Below, piece after piece: positions 1-8,218 of a stretch of DNA of 64,000 nt (position 1 is the stretch's first letter; the number at the start of each line of letters is the position of its first letter). The notes beneath the pieces were generated by a model. It was given only the letters and a program-made list of their open reading frames with translations. It did not search any database and was not told where the DNA came from. Location: NCBI GenBank assembly GCA_022820645.1, contig JAJEFD010000006.1, forward strand, positions 79,537 through 143,536, in the 5' to 3' direction. This stretch comes from Dehalococcoidia bacterium. GTDB taxonomy: Bacteria > Chloroflexota > Dehalococcoidia > Lucifugimonadales > Australimonadaceae. The position numbers were made by a program, and so were the translations under genes.

Positions 1-1238
1 TCGAAACGCTTCTCGTAGTACGTGAGGTGGTAGCGCCAGGCGTAACGAGCATACTCGGGCCATTCGTACCCCAGTTCCAGCGCGCGATGCACTCCCAGGT
101 AATATGCGTTCGCTTCTTCGTAGGCCTCCTGGTCGGGGAGGCCCAGCTCCACTTTCGCGGTAGCGAACACCTGGGCGTACACGTGCGCCTCCCGGTACGG
201 GTCCTCCCACCGCAGCGTGATCGCCCGGCTGTGCGCGTCCACGTACGCCGTGGCGAACGCTGCCGTCCAGCTCGGGATCTGGTCCTCTTCGACGTCGCCC
301 CGTTCCGCCCAACGTTTCGCGTCCACGTAGCCGTGACGGTAGGCGATGGCATACAGGAGACGTTGCCGTGTCGCCCTGTAGCCGCCGTACGGGCGGGAGC
401 GTTCGTAGCCCTCAAGGAAGATGTCGGACAGTTCGACGCCCTCGTCGTCGGAATACTCGTCGTCGATGCGGTAACCGGCGAAGACGGATGCGTATGCATG
501 GACGCCCACACGGCTGGCGTCGCTGCGGGCGAACGCTTCCGCGTAGTCCGTCGCATAGGTCGTTGCGGACGTGTCCTCGTGGAACGGCCAGTGCTCCGAG
601 TTCTTCCGCGCAGCCTCGCTTGCGCGGCCGAGCGCCAGCGCGACCGGGGCTGAGTCTCCGACCGCCTCCGCGAAGGCCGCCTCGTAGTCCGGCATGAAGT
701 CCGGGAGGTCATCGGGATAGTGGACGTCGATGCTGGTGCCCACGTAGAAGTGATAGAGGTAACCGGCGGCGTAGTCCTGCGCATCGTCGTCCGGCAGACC
801 CAGGGATTTCGCAACCGCGAACGCCCCCGCGAAGATGTCCACGTTCTTCCCCGTCAGGTCCTCATCGGCGGCGTACACGACCCCTTCTTCGTACCCCTCC
901 GGGAGCGGCGTGGGCGTAGCAGGTGGCGCGGGAGTTGGAGTCGCCGTAGGTTCAGGTGTCGGAGTGGCCGTCGGTTCAGGGATAGACGTGGCTGTTGCCG
1001 TCGGCGCAGGCACACGGGTTGGCGTTGCTGTCGACGTGGGCGTGGGCGTCGCCGTGGGTACCGGAGTCGGCGTAGCCGTCGGTTCCGGCGTGGGCGTTGC
1101 CGTCGGCGCAGGGGCCGGGGTTGCCGTCGGCTGTGGAGGCGGGACAGGGGTCGGGGTGGGGTCGTCGCCGTTGCAGGCGCTGAGCACGAGCGCGGCGGAC
1201 AGCATCGCCGCGAGGAACAGGCCGAGCCGTCGTTGCAT
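1..1238 (-). CDS. Secreted lipoprotein with a Pro/Thr-rich linker, function unknown (3' end runs off the window start)
   Basis: Absent from the ORF track because there is no stop inside the window. Reverse complement from ATG (comp. 1236-1238) reads MQRRLGLFLAAMLSAALVLSAC-NGDD (signal peptide plus lipobox LSAC). A ~75-aa (A/P)TPTP linker follows, then a Tyr/Ala/Asp-rich body ending ...YLGVHRALELGYEWPEYARYAWRYHLTYYEKRF, open to base 1. Plus-strand ORFs 27..653, 720..1352 and 835..1398 are its antisense shadows. Confidence 0.7.
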   Translation of the reverse strand, partial: MQRRLGLFLAAMLSAALVLSACNGDDPTPTPVPPPQPTATPAPAPTATPTPEPTATPTPVPTATPTPTSTATPTRVPAPTATATSIPEPTATPTPEPTATPTPAPPATPTPLPEGYEEGVVYAADEDLTGKNVDIFAGAFAVAKSLGLPDDDAQDYAAGYLYHFYVGTSIDVHYPDDLPDFMPDYEAAFAEAVGDSAPVALALGRASEAARKNSEHWPFHEDTSATTYATDYAEAFARSDASRVGVHAYASVFAGYRIDDEYSDDEGVELSDIFLEGYERSRPYGGYRATRQRLLYAIAYRHGYVDAKRWAERGDVEEDQIPSWTAAFATAYVDAHSRAITLRWEDPYREAHVYAQVFATAKVELGLPDQEAYEEANAYYLGVHRALELGYEWPEYARYAWRYHLTYYEKRF

Positions 1239-1263
1239 CTGGTGTCTACCTTCCCTGTGGATC

Positions 1264-1338
1264 TGGTCGGGGCGGCCAGGATCGAACTGGCGACCTCCTG
1301 CTCCCAAAGCAGGCGCGCTTCCGCTGCGCTACGCCCCG
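1264..1338 (-). tRNA. tRNA-Pro (anticodon TGG), CCA encoded
   Basis: Reverse complement folds as a cloverleaf. Acceptor CGGGGCG/CGCCCCG; D arm GCGC-AGCGGAA-GCGC; anticodon arm CCTGC-TTTGGGA-GCAGG (anticodon TGG); T arm GCCAG-TTCGATC-CTGGC; discriminator A plus CCA. Length 75 nt. Confidence 0.93.
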
Positions 1339-1407
1339 GCGCTGCCTCTTAGTGTAGCGCAATGGGATGGAGGGCTTGCGTCGTTGCGCAAAGTATGATA
1401 TTCGTTC

Positions 1408-1421
1408 GGAACATTAGTTCT
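1408..1421 (+). promoter_or_regulatory. Candidate LexA (Cheo-box type) operator GGAACATTAGTTCT
   Basis: Perfect GAAC-N4-GTTC palindrome about 20 nt upstream of the ATG at 1441. It sits between an AT-rich -10-like stretch (TATGATATT, 1394-1402) and the RBS AGAGGAGG. Confidence 0.45.
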
Positions 1422-1440
1422 ATTCAGAGGAGGTCAGACC

Positions 1441-2823
1441 ATGCTCATCCAGCGCGCTCCGGACGTATACGAGAAGCTGCGCCACCTCGGCGGGATGGCG
1501 ACGGACGACGTGCTCTCGCCTGCCGAGCGCTCGGACGGTATGGCGCGTCCGAGCGAGGGCTGGGAGCGCGTGGGGCCGCGCGGCGGGGTGACGCCGCACG
1601 CCGGCGTCTACAGGGCCGCGATGCCGAACGGCAAGCGGATCTCCCTGATGCGCGTGATGTTCACGGACCACTGCATCATGGACTGCCACTACTGCCCCAA
1701 CTCCTACTGGGTGCCCCGCAGGCGCTACGGGTTCAAGGTAGACGAGCTCGCGAGGCTGTTCGACGAGATGCACAGCCGCCACATGGTGGAAGGGCTCTTC
1801 CTCAGCTCCGGCATCTTCAAGGACCCGAACGCCACGCAGGAACGGCTGCTGGACGTGGTGGAGGCGATACGCTCGCGCTACGGGTTCAGCGGCTACGTCC
1901 ACCTCAAGGTGATGCCCGGCACGAGCACGGACGCGCTGCTCGAGCAGAGCCAGAGGCTCGGCGCGCGGCTCTCCGTCAACATGGAATCCCCATCCGCGGA
2001 GCACCTGCGGAAGGTCAGCACGATGAAGGACTTCGACAACGGTATCGTCGCGCCGATGAAGCGCATCAGCGAGCTCATGCAGGAGCGCTACGGCGGCGCG
2101 GTCGGCCAGGCGACGCAGCTCGTGGTCGGCGCGGCTGACGAGTCGGACTGGGACATCTACGCGCGGATGCGCAGCCTCTACGGGGAGTACGGTTTCAAGC
2201 GCGTCTACTACTCCGCCTTCCGCCCCGTGCAGTACACGCCGCTGGAGGAACACCCCGCGACGCCGCCCGCTCGCGAGCACCGCCTCTACCAGCTGGACTG
2301 GCTGTCCCGTATCTACGGCTACGACACGGAGGAACTGCGTCCCGCCTTCGACACGGGCGGCTTCCTAGAATTGCGCGCCGACCCGAAGCTGATGATCGCG
2401 GTGAACAACTTCGAGCGCTTCCCCGTCGACGTCAACCACGCGAGCGAGCGCGAACTGCTGCGCGTTCCCGGCGTTGGGCCGCTGGCCGCGAACCGCATCG
2501 TGAAGCAGCGGGCGCAGCACACCATCACGCAGCGGCAGGAGCTGCAGGCGATGGGAGTGGTGCTGAAGCGTGCGATGCCTTTCCTGCGCTTCCCGGGCCA
2601 CAAGCCCGTGGCCGCGAAGCAGGGCGAACTGGCGCTCTTTCCGGAGCAGAGCACGGTCCGCTCGCAGCCGGCGCCCTTTCCCCGTCATTCCCGCTTCTCC
2701 CGTCATTCCCGCGAAGGCGGGAACCCAGACGCGCGCCGAACGGTTGAGCTGCACGCGGCGCACGCGGCGTCCGGCTGCGCGTCGTGTCCGCTCAATCCCG
2801 GGACCTGCGGGATGGCCGCATGA
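1441..2823 (+). CDS. Radical SAM protein of the 'putative DNA modification/repair radical SAM' type with a C-terminal helix-hairpin-helix
   Basis: CxxxCxxC cluster motif (DHCIMDCHYCPNS). Family-typical blocks GLFLSSGIFKDPNATQERLL, GYVHLKVMPGTS, ARLSVNMESPS. HhH motif LLRVPGVGPLAANRIVKQR. Strong RBS AGAGGAGG. The last ~45 aa are encoded by a repeat element plus read-through. Confidence 0.8.
   Translation: MLIQRAPDVYEKLRHLGGMATDDVLSPAERSDGMARPSEGWERVGPRGGVTPHAGVYRAAMPNGKRISLMRVMFTDHCIMDCHYCPNSYWVPRRRYGFKVDELARLFDEMHSRHMVEGLFLSSGIFKDPNATQERLLDVVEAIRSRYGFSGYVHLKVMPGTSTDALLEQSQRLGARLSVNMESPSAEHLRKVSTMKDFDNGIVAPMKRISELMQERYGGAVGQATQLVVGAADESDWDIYARMRSLYGEYGFKRVYYSAFRPVQYTPLEEHPATPPAREHRLYQLDWLSRIYGYDTEELRPAFDTGGFLELRADPKLMIAVNNFERFPVDVNHASERELLRVPGVGPLAANRIVKQRAQHTITQRQELQAMGVVLKRAMPFLRFPGHKPVAAKQGELALFPEQSTVRSQPAPFPRHSRFSRHSREGGNPDARRTVELHAAHAASGCASCPLNPGTCGMAA
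2684..2730 (+). repeat. Family A palindromic repeat (GTCATTCCCGCGAAGGCGGGAAyCCAG), 1.5 tandem copies, inside the 3' end of the radical SAM ORF
   Basis: gtcattcccgcttctcc + cgtcattcccgcgaaggcgggaacccagac. Hairpin ATTCCCGC-GAAG-GCGGGAA. The same element recurs at 10716..10745 and, inverted, at 39710..39738. Confidence 0.8.
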
Positions 2824-2905
2824 GCGCCGCAGGCCGGATCGAGGTTCTACGCCGCGCCGCAGGGGTGCTACTATCCACGCGAACGAACGAGGACGGACGG
2901 GAACG

Positions 2906-3367
2906 ATGCTCAGCGTCGGCACACAGGCCCCCGACTTCACCCTGCCGCTCAACACCGGTGACCTCTTCACCCTCTCGGAGCAGCGCGGGCGGAACGTCGT
3001 GCTCTTCTTCTTCCCGCGCGCAGGCACCCCGGGGTGAACCTGGGAGGCCGCGGAGTTCCGCGACAATCACGAGCGTATCGCCGCCGCAGACGCGGTTGTG
3101 GTGGGCATCAGCACGGACGGCTCCGACGCGCTTACCGACTTCGCTCAGAGCATCGGCCTGCCCTACTACTTGGCGTCCGACCGCTCCGGCGAGGTGCGGC
3201 GTCTGTACGACGTGCGGCGCCGCTTCGGGCTGGGCACCTCCCGGTTCACCTACGTCGTGGACGCTGCCGGAGTGATCCGGAGGGTGTACCACAACGAGTT
3301 CGTCATGAAGAGCCACGCCCGCAGCGCGCTCGAGGCGCTGGAAGCGCTCCGCAACGGCCGGGCATAG
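2906..3367 (+). CDS. bcp: Bcp/PrxQ-type thiol peroxidase with in-frame TGA (3035..3037) at the peroxidatic Cys position; probable selenocysteine
   Basis: The tail of ORF 2570..3037 and ORF 3098..3367 are in the same frame. Joined, they read MLSVGTQAPDFTLPLNTGDLFTLSEQRGRNVVLFFFPRAGTPG-[TGA]-TWEAAEFRDNHERIAAADAVVVGISTDGSDALTDFAQS... This is collinear with E. coli Bcp ...YFYPKAMTPGCTVQACGLRD...GISTD. Total length 153 codons, normal for Bcp. Confidence 0.75.
3049..3062 (+). promoter_or_regulatory. Candidate bacterial SECIS-like hairpin downstream of the in-frame TGA
   Basis: CGCGG-AGUU-CCGCG stem-loop. The loop begins 19 nt after the U of UGA and contains GU. Confidence 0.4.
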
Positions 3368-3401
3368 CCGGGCAGCCCCGCGACACCGCGACCTCCGGCA
3401 G

Positions 3402-3902
3402 ATGCGGTATCATCGTCTCGTGTACAAGGTAGGCGTTCTCACGAGCAGCGACATGGGCGCGCGCGGCGAGCGCGAGGACACCAGTGGGGCATTGATCCGC
3501 GAGACTCTCACGCCGCCGGACTACGAGCACGCCGAGTACGCCGTCGTCCCCGACGACCGCGCGACCATCGAGCAGACGCTGCGGACGTGGGCCGACGAGC
3601 GCGGGCTCGACCTCATCCTCACGACCGGCGGCACCGGCCTTACCGACCGTGACGTCGCGCCGGAAGCGACTCTCGCGGTGATCGACCGGCTCGCGCCCGG
3701 CCTGCCGGAGGCGATGCGCGCCTACGGCCTGACCAAGACCCCGATGGCGATGCTCAGCCGCGGGACGGCGGGCGTACGCGGGCGTACGCTCATCGTGAAC
3801 CTGCCCGGCAGCCCGAAGGGCGTGCGCGAGGGGTTGGAAGTGCTCGCGCCCATCCTGCCGCACGCCCTCGGCCAGTTGACGGGCGCCGACCGCGGACACT
3901 GA
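3402..3902 (+). CDS. Molybdenum cofactor biosynthesis protein, MogA/MoaB family
   Basis: VGVLTSSDMGARGEREDTSG, LILTTGGTGLTDRDVAPEAT and IVNLPGSPKGV blocks are typical of MogA/MoaB. The start is uncertain (ATG 3402 or GTG 3420). Confidence 0.8.
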   Translation: MRYHRLVYKVGVLTSSDMGARGEREDTSGALIRETLTPPDYEHAEYAVVPDDRATIEQTLRTWADERGLDLILTTGGTGLTDRDVAPEATLAVIDRLAPGLPEAMRAYGLTKTPMAMLSRGTAGVRGRTLIVNLPGSPKGVREGLEVLAPILPHALGQLTGADRGH

Positions 3903-3908
3903 CCCACG

Positions 3909-4667
3909 ATGCGCATAGACGTCCTCACCGTGTTCCCGGGGATGTTCGGTCCGGTGCTCGACGCCGGCATCGTCGGCAAGGCCGTACGGAACGGCATCGC
4001 GGACGTGCGCGTCCACGACCTGCGCGACTTTGCGCACGACCGGCACCGCTCCACGGACGACTCGCCGTTCGGCGGAGGTCCGGGGATGGTGATGCTGCCA
4101 GGGCCGCTATTCGAGGCCGTGCGCTCGCTGGAAGCCGGTCCGGATGCGGCCATCGTCGCGCTGACGCCGCAGGGCAGGCCGTTCGATCAGCGGGCGGCTG
4201 AGCGGCTCGCAGGGCTGGAGCACGTCGTCATCATCTGCGGGCGGTACGAGGGCATCGACGAGCGTGTCATCGAGGGGCTGGCGACGGACGAGATCAGCAC
4301 CGGCGACTACGTGGTGAGCGGCGGCGAGATCCCCGCGATGCTCATCGTCGACGCGCTCGTGCGGCTGCTGCCCGATGCGCTGGGGCACAGCGAGGAGGCG
4401 CTGGCCGACGATTCGCACACGTCAGGACTGCTGCAGCATCCGCAATACACGCGCCCTGCCGATTTCGAGGGGCTTGCCGTGCCGGAGGTGCTGCTCTCCG
4501 GCAATCACGCAGCCATCGCGCGATGGCGCAGGCACGAAGCGCTGCGGAGAACGCTCGAGCGGCGCCCCGACATGCTCGACGAGGCCGGGCTGAGCGCGGA
4601 AGACGTCGAGACCCTCCGCGCGCTGGGCTGGCAGCCGCCTACGCAGGCACCTGGGCCGCAGGAGTAA
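3909..4667 (+). CDS. trmD: tRNA (guanine37-N1)-methyltransferase
   Basis: [13 protein letters not shown]...[13 protein letters not shown]...[12 protein letters not shown]...SIGDYVLSGGE-type motifs throughout; 252 aa. Confidence 0.93.
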   Translation: MRIDVLTVFPGMFGPVLDAGIVGKAVRNGIADVRVHDLRDFAHDRHRSTDDSPFGGGPGMVMLPGPLFEAVRSLEAGPDAAIVALTPQGRPFDQRAAERLAGLEHVVIICGRYEGIDERVIEGLATDEISTGDYVVSGGEIPAMLIVDALVRLLPDALGHSEEALADDSHTSGLLQHPQYTRPADFEGLAVPEVLLSGNHAAIARWRRHEALRRTLERRPDMLDEAGLSAEDVETLRALGWQPPTQAPGPQE

Positions 4668-5586
4668 CCACGGGCTCGGACGCCGCCGGGACGGCTGGGG
4701 CTGCTTTGCGGGCCGGAGCCGCCACGCGGCGGGTTTTGGTGGGTTCGGGCAGCGCCGTCCTGCCGATGCTGAATGCCTCGAGGCTCTCCAACTGGCTGGC
4801 GCGCACCCATTCGTCGCGCCCCACCGGAGCGACAAGCCAGCTCTCCAGCACGGCCTGGCGCTTCACCTCGACCTTCGTGCGGGCGGTGGCCTCCGGGTTC
4901 CAGTCGTACGCCGCGTTGACCGTCGGCGAGAGATGCATGGAGGTGGGCACGAGCATGCCAAGGAACGCATACGTCGCCTTCCCCTGCTGGCAGAGGACGA
5001 TCTGGTGGCCGGGAGTCGGGCCTGCGGCAGGCTCGACCCAGACGCCGGAGCAGACCTCGGTGGTGCTGTCGACCAGTTCGAGCTGGCCGCTGTCCAGCAG
5101 AGGCTCGACGTCGTCCGCGCGGTACTGCTTGCGGTTCCTTCTGCTGGGCCGCATCGCCTCTTCCAACGCGTCCTTGTGGACGATATAGCGAGCATTCGGG
5201 AATGTGGGGAGAACACGCCCTGAGGAAGTGAAGTGAGTGCACCCTCCCGCGTATTCGGAGAAGAGGTCCGTCTGGATGACGACCGCGATGTCCTTCGGCA
5301 TGAGGCCGATCTGCTTCAGCTCCCTTGCCATCGACGATCTGCTGCGGGTCCGGACAAGGTCGACGGAGAGCGGGGGTTTGTCGCCGGGGCCCGTGTTCAC
5401 GAGCACCCAGCCGTCCGGGTGATCGATGAGCAGGCTGTAGTTGCCGATGGACACCCGGTTCTGGCGGTCCGGGGAAACGAACCGCTCCCAGAGCTGCTTG
5501 GCGGTTGCCCCGAACACGGTGCCGCCGTCCAGACGGGTGGTGCTGACGCGGAGAAGACGTATGTACGGTTTGGTTGCCTTACCCAT
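4639..5586 (-). CDS. Metallo-beta-lactamase-fold protein with a degenerate HxHxDH motif and an Ala/Pro-rich C-terminal tail
   Basis: Start reassigned to MGKATKPYI (comp. 5584-5586), which has RBS AAGGAG 7 nt upstream. MBL-like blocks [17 protein letters not shown] and TPGHQIV are present. The HxHxDH position reads [10 protein letters not shown]. Confidence 0.6.
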   Translation of the reverse strand: MGKATKPYIRLLRVSTTRLDGGTVFGATAKQLWERFVSPDRQNRVSIGNYSLLIDHPDGWVLVNTGPGDKPPLSVDLVRTRSRSSMARELKQIGLMPKDIAVVIQTDLFSEYAGGCTHFTSSGRVLPTFPNARYIVHKDALEEAMRPSRRNRKQYRADDVEPLLDSGQLELVDSTTEVCSGVWVEPAAGPTPGHQIVLCQQGKATYAFLGMLVPTSMHLSPTVNAAYDWNPEATARTKVEVKRQAVLESWLVAPVGRDEWVRASQLESLEAFSIGRTALPEPTKTRRVAAPARKAAPAVPAASEPVVTPAAQVPA

Positions 5587-5632
5587 CGGATTCTCCTTAG
5601 GCGCAGGAGCGCTTGCAGGAACAATGGCGGCT

Positions 5633-5660
5633 ATTATGTCCAAGTTTTCGGTTTTGTCAA
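5633..5660 (-). promoter_or_regulatory. Sigma70-like promoter for the MBL-fold gene
   Basis: On the minus strand: TTGACA-16 nt-CATAAT, in an unusually AT-rich 150-bp spacer, about 45 nt upstream of the ATG at 5586. Confidence 0.5.
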
Positions 5661-5791
5661 TACTTTGTTTAGATTTCGGTCTATGAATTCAACCAAAGTC
5701 TTACACACAGTCGGACACCGGCCGTGCGAGTCCGGTCCGGTCTGCCTTGCCGGAAGCATGGAATCGATATTGAACGAAGTTTAGGAAATAG

Positions 5792-6133
5792 TCAGGACGC
5801 GGCTGAACGGCGGGCGCTCGCACCGCCGAGCGCAGCGCCGACCGTGCCCCCTGCGAACACCCACAGCACTGCCGCTCCGGCTACCACCAGTACGAAGTTC
5901 GCCGACAACTGCGCGAACAGGGCTACCCCCGTGACGGCTACAGCCGCGGGGAACAGCAGCAACGCCGCCATGAGCAGGCCGATGAGCAGCGCCTCTCCCT
6001 GGGTGCAGGCGCTCCTCGTGCCCGCCATGTACCCCCCGATGAGGGGGGACGGGACCGCCGTCACGAAATGCACGATGGGGATCAGGATGCAACCAAGGGT
6101 GACGGCTGCCCCCACGAGGGCGGCTTTGAACAC
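5792..6133 (-). CDS. Small integral membrane protein (about 4 TM), function unknown
   Basis: Hydrophobic segments FKAALVGAAVTLGCILIPIVHFV, ALLIGLLMAALLLFPAAVAVTGVALF and FVLVVAGAAVLWVFAGG. Start placed at GTG (comp. 6131-6133), which follows RBS-like GAGAGGA. The longer ORF to 6331 would overlap the divergent gene. Confidence 0.45.
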   Translation of the reverse strand: MFKAALVGAAVTLGCILIPIVHFVTAVPSPLIGGYMAGTRSACTQGEALLIGLLMAALLLFPAAVAVTGVALFAQLSANFVLVVAGAAVLWVFAGGTVGAALGGASARRSAAS

Positions 6134-6266
6134 GGCTGGTCCTCTCAGGCGCAGGAAGTCGTGGGAAGTGTACGGATGGGCGGCAGGGACTGTCCAACGC
6201 ACGCGGCACGTACAATGACCGCCGTGAGCGTCCAACGCACAAACGACCGCCGGAGCCGCGACAGCC

Positions 6267-6794
6267 GTGCGGGTTGACGACGCGTTCCGCCGTGCGCTGA
6301 GCACGAGCTTCGTCATCCGTGTGACCCACACGGGACGGAGGAGCGGCCTGCCCCGCGTGCTGGAGACGACCTACTACTGGGACGGAGCGGGAAAGGTCTA
6401 CCTCTCCGGCTATCCCGGCAAGCGGGACTGGGTGGCGAACATGGGAGCGCACCCGGACGCGACCGTCTACACCGTGGAACGCGGGCAGTGGTTCGCCGTT
6501 CCGGCGGCCGCGCGTGTGCTGCGGGTCCGCGAAGAGCGTACGCCCTACGTCATGGCGTACGTACGCCACTGGCTGCGCCTGGGCGGGGGTCAACGCCGCC
6601 TCGTCCGGTGGGCGCTGGCGGCGGTACGCGTCAACCGGGCGCTGCGTCTGCCGTGGTGGGGACCGTTCTACTGCATCCGCCGGGTGTTCGACTCCATGCC
6701 GTGCGTCGAGCTGACGCTCACCGGCGAGCCCGTCCCTCTGGACGCACCGCCGCCCGAGCCTACCCTGCCGCGCTCAACCGGGGAGGCTCCGTAA
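6267..6794 (+). CDS. Deazaflavin (F420)-dependent nitroreductase-family oxidoreductase (DUF385/Ddn-like)
   Basis: THTGRRSGLPRVLETTYYWDG...KVYLSGYPGKRDWVANMGAHPDATV matches the TGRKSG-PR...W..N....P signature of this family. GTG start. Confidence 0.6.
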   Translation: MRVDDAFRRALSTSFVIRVTHTGRRSGLPRVLETTYYWDGAGKVYLSGYPGKRDWVANMGAHPDATVYTVERGQWFAVPAAARVLRVREERTPYVMAYVRHWLRLGGGQRRLVRWALAAVRVNRALRLPWWGPFYCIRRVFDSMPCVELTLTGEPVPLDAPPPEPTLPRSTGEAP

Positions 6795-7037
6795 TTCGCC
6801 ATAAACTCGTTAACGTGGCGTTGACACCGCCCTAACCCACCGCGTACAGTGCCGCCCTGTAGCATGGCCGTGTATAATGCTCGGAATACATCCATGCATC
6901 TGCCCCGATCCGACAAGAAGGCCGGCGTCGAACTACCGCAACATCAGGGTACTCGCCAACGCTATGATGCATAGCCCATCCAGCCGTCGTATCGGTTCAC
7001 CCCGCAGGACATTCCCCCTGACCAGGAGCACTTTGCC

Positions 7038-8123
7038 ATGAGCGCCTCCGTCGGATTCCACTTGCCGCCCAGAGCCGTATCCCGGCTGGACACGCTGGTG
7101 GACGGCATCGAAGCGAACCCGGGCCCGCTGCTGAACCCCGCCGCACTGCGCGAGGCATCCGAAGATTTGGATATCCGCAGCGCGATTGAACAATTGCCGG
7201 ACGGCATGTCTCTCGAAGACTTCGTCGGCATCCTCAAACTGGCGATGCTCACCGAGTGCGCTACCGACTCGTACTCAGCCGTCTTCCAGGACGGCGCGGA
7301 GCGGTTCGACTCCCCCTGGCTGGCCCGGTTCAACGAGCGCATCTGGACCCCGGACGAGCACACCCACTACACGCCGTACAAGCTCATGCTGCAGTCGCTC
7401 GGCTACTCCGATGAGGAGTTGGACCGCGAGATGCGCGAGGTGCAGGAGCGCAACTACGAGCACTGCTGCGGCCGCACCCCCATCGAACTGACCACCTACG
7501 GCATCATCCAGGAGTACCTCACCGACAACTGGCACGGCATGATCAGCCAGCTGCTGAAGCCGTCCGCGCCCTACGCAGCCAGGTGCGCTTCCATGGTGAA
7601 GCGGCGCGAGACGCTCCACACCACCTGGTACCGGGAGATGACCGCCATACAGGTGGAAGAGAACCCGGAGATGCTTCACCTGGTGGCCGACACTGTGCTC
7701 ACGTTCCAGATGCCGGGGACGCGGCTCGTTCCCGAGTTCGGCACCCGATCGCTCGAATGGATGAGCAAGGCGAACGTGGACTTCCCCCGCGTCGCGAGGG
7801 ACTTCGTACGCAACTTCCAGCAGGTCGCGGGGACGATGAAGCGCGCCGGCCAGCTCTTCGTGGAACTCGCGGCGAGGCGCGGCGTGAAGCTCGGCCCGAT
7901 GCCGCTGAGCGCCGCCCGCCGGGTGCTGGACAAGATTGGCGGGCCCGGCTACGGACTTCTCGGCGAGGCGCTGCTGGACAAGTTCGGCATCCCCCGTCCG
8001 ACTACCGAGAGCCAGACCGGGCCTGTCAGCCTGCCGCCCCGGATGTACGAGGCGTTCCGCGCCCGTGTACGGGGCATGATCATCCGACGGATAGAAACAG
8101 CCGCCATCATCGGCGAGGTCTAA
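7038..8123 (+). CDS. Ferritin-like diiron-carboxylate protein, acyl-ACP desaturase family
   Basis: Four-helix diiron ligand pattern E...ExxH...E...ExxH: LTECATDSY, WTPDEHTHY, IIQEYLTDNW, KRRETLHTTWY. RBS-like CAGGAGC precedes the ATG. Confidence 0.55.
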   Translation: MSASVGFHLPPRAVSRLDTLVDGIEANPGPLLNPAALREASEDLDIRSAIEQLPDGMSLEDFVGILKLAMLTECATDSYSAVFQDGAERFDSPWLARFNERIWTPDEHTHYTPYKLMLQSLGYSDEELDREMREVQERNYEHCCGRTPIELTTYGIIQEYLTDNWHGMISQLLKPSAPYAARCASMVKRRETLHTTWYREMTAIQVEENPEMLHLVADTVLTFQMPGTRLVPEFGTRSLEWMSKANVDFPRVARDFVRNFQQVAGTMKRAGQLFVELAARRGVKLGPMPLSAARRVLDKIGGPGYGLLGEALLDKFGIPRPTTESQTGPVSLPPRMYEAFRARVRGMIIRRIETAAIIGEV

Positions 8124-8218
8124 CGGCCATTCCTCGACTGCCACGTCTGCCACTGCGGCCCGCGGTTCGCGCCGCCAAGCGCGCAGGCACGCCTGCAACC
8201 GACCTCCTCGCGCGCAAA

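Noticed and set aside
900-1170. Possible CRISPR or tandem-repeat array suggested by the periodic ACGCC(C/G)AC(G/T)CC-type repeats.
   Set aside because: The periodicity is codon-based (TPTP linker) and lies inside a continuous reading frame with a signal peptide. There is no repeat-spacer structure and there are no cas genes.
27-1398. Plus-strand ORFs 27..653, 368..697, 720..1352 and 835..1398.
   Set aside because: They are antisense shadows of the minus-strand lipoprotein gene. The GVGVAVG-type repeats of 835..1398 are simply the reverse reading of its TPTP linker.
3035-3037. Treating bcp as two separate genes or as a frameshifted pseudogene.
   Set aside because: There is no frameshift, because both halves are in one frame. 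The only lesion is a single TGA at the catalytic Cys codon, and the downstream half remains perfectly family-like. The pseudogene alternative is kept as the refutation condition of the selenoprotein finding.
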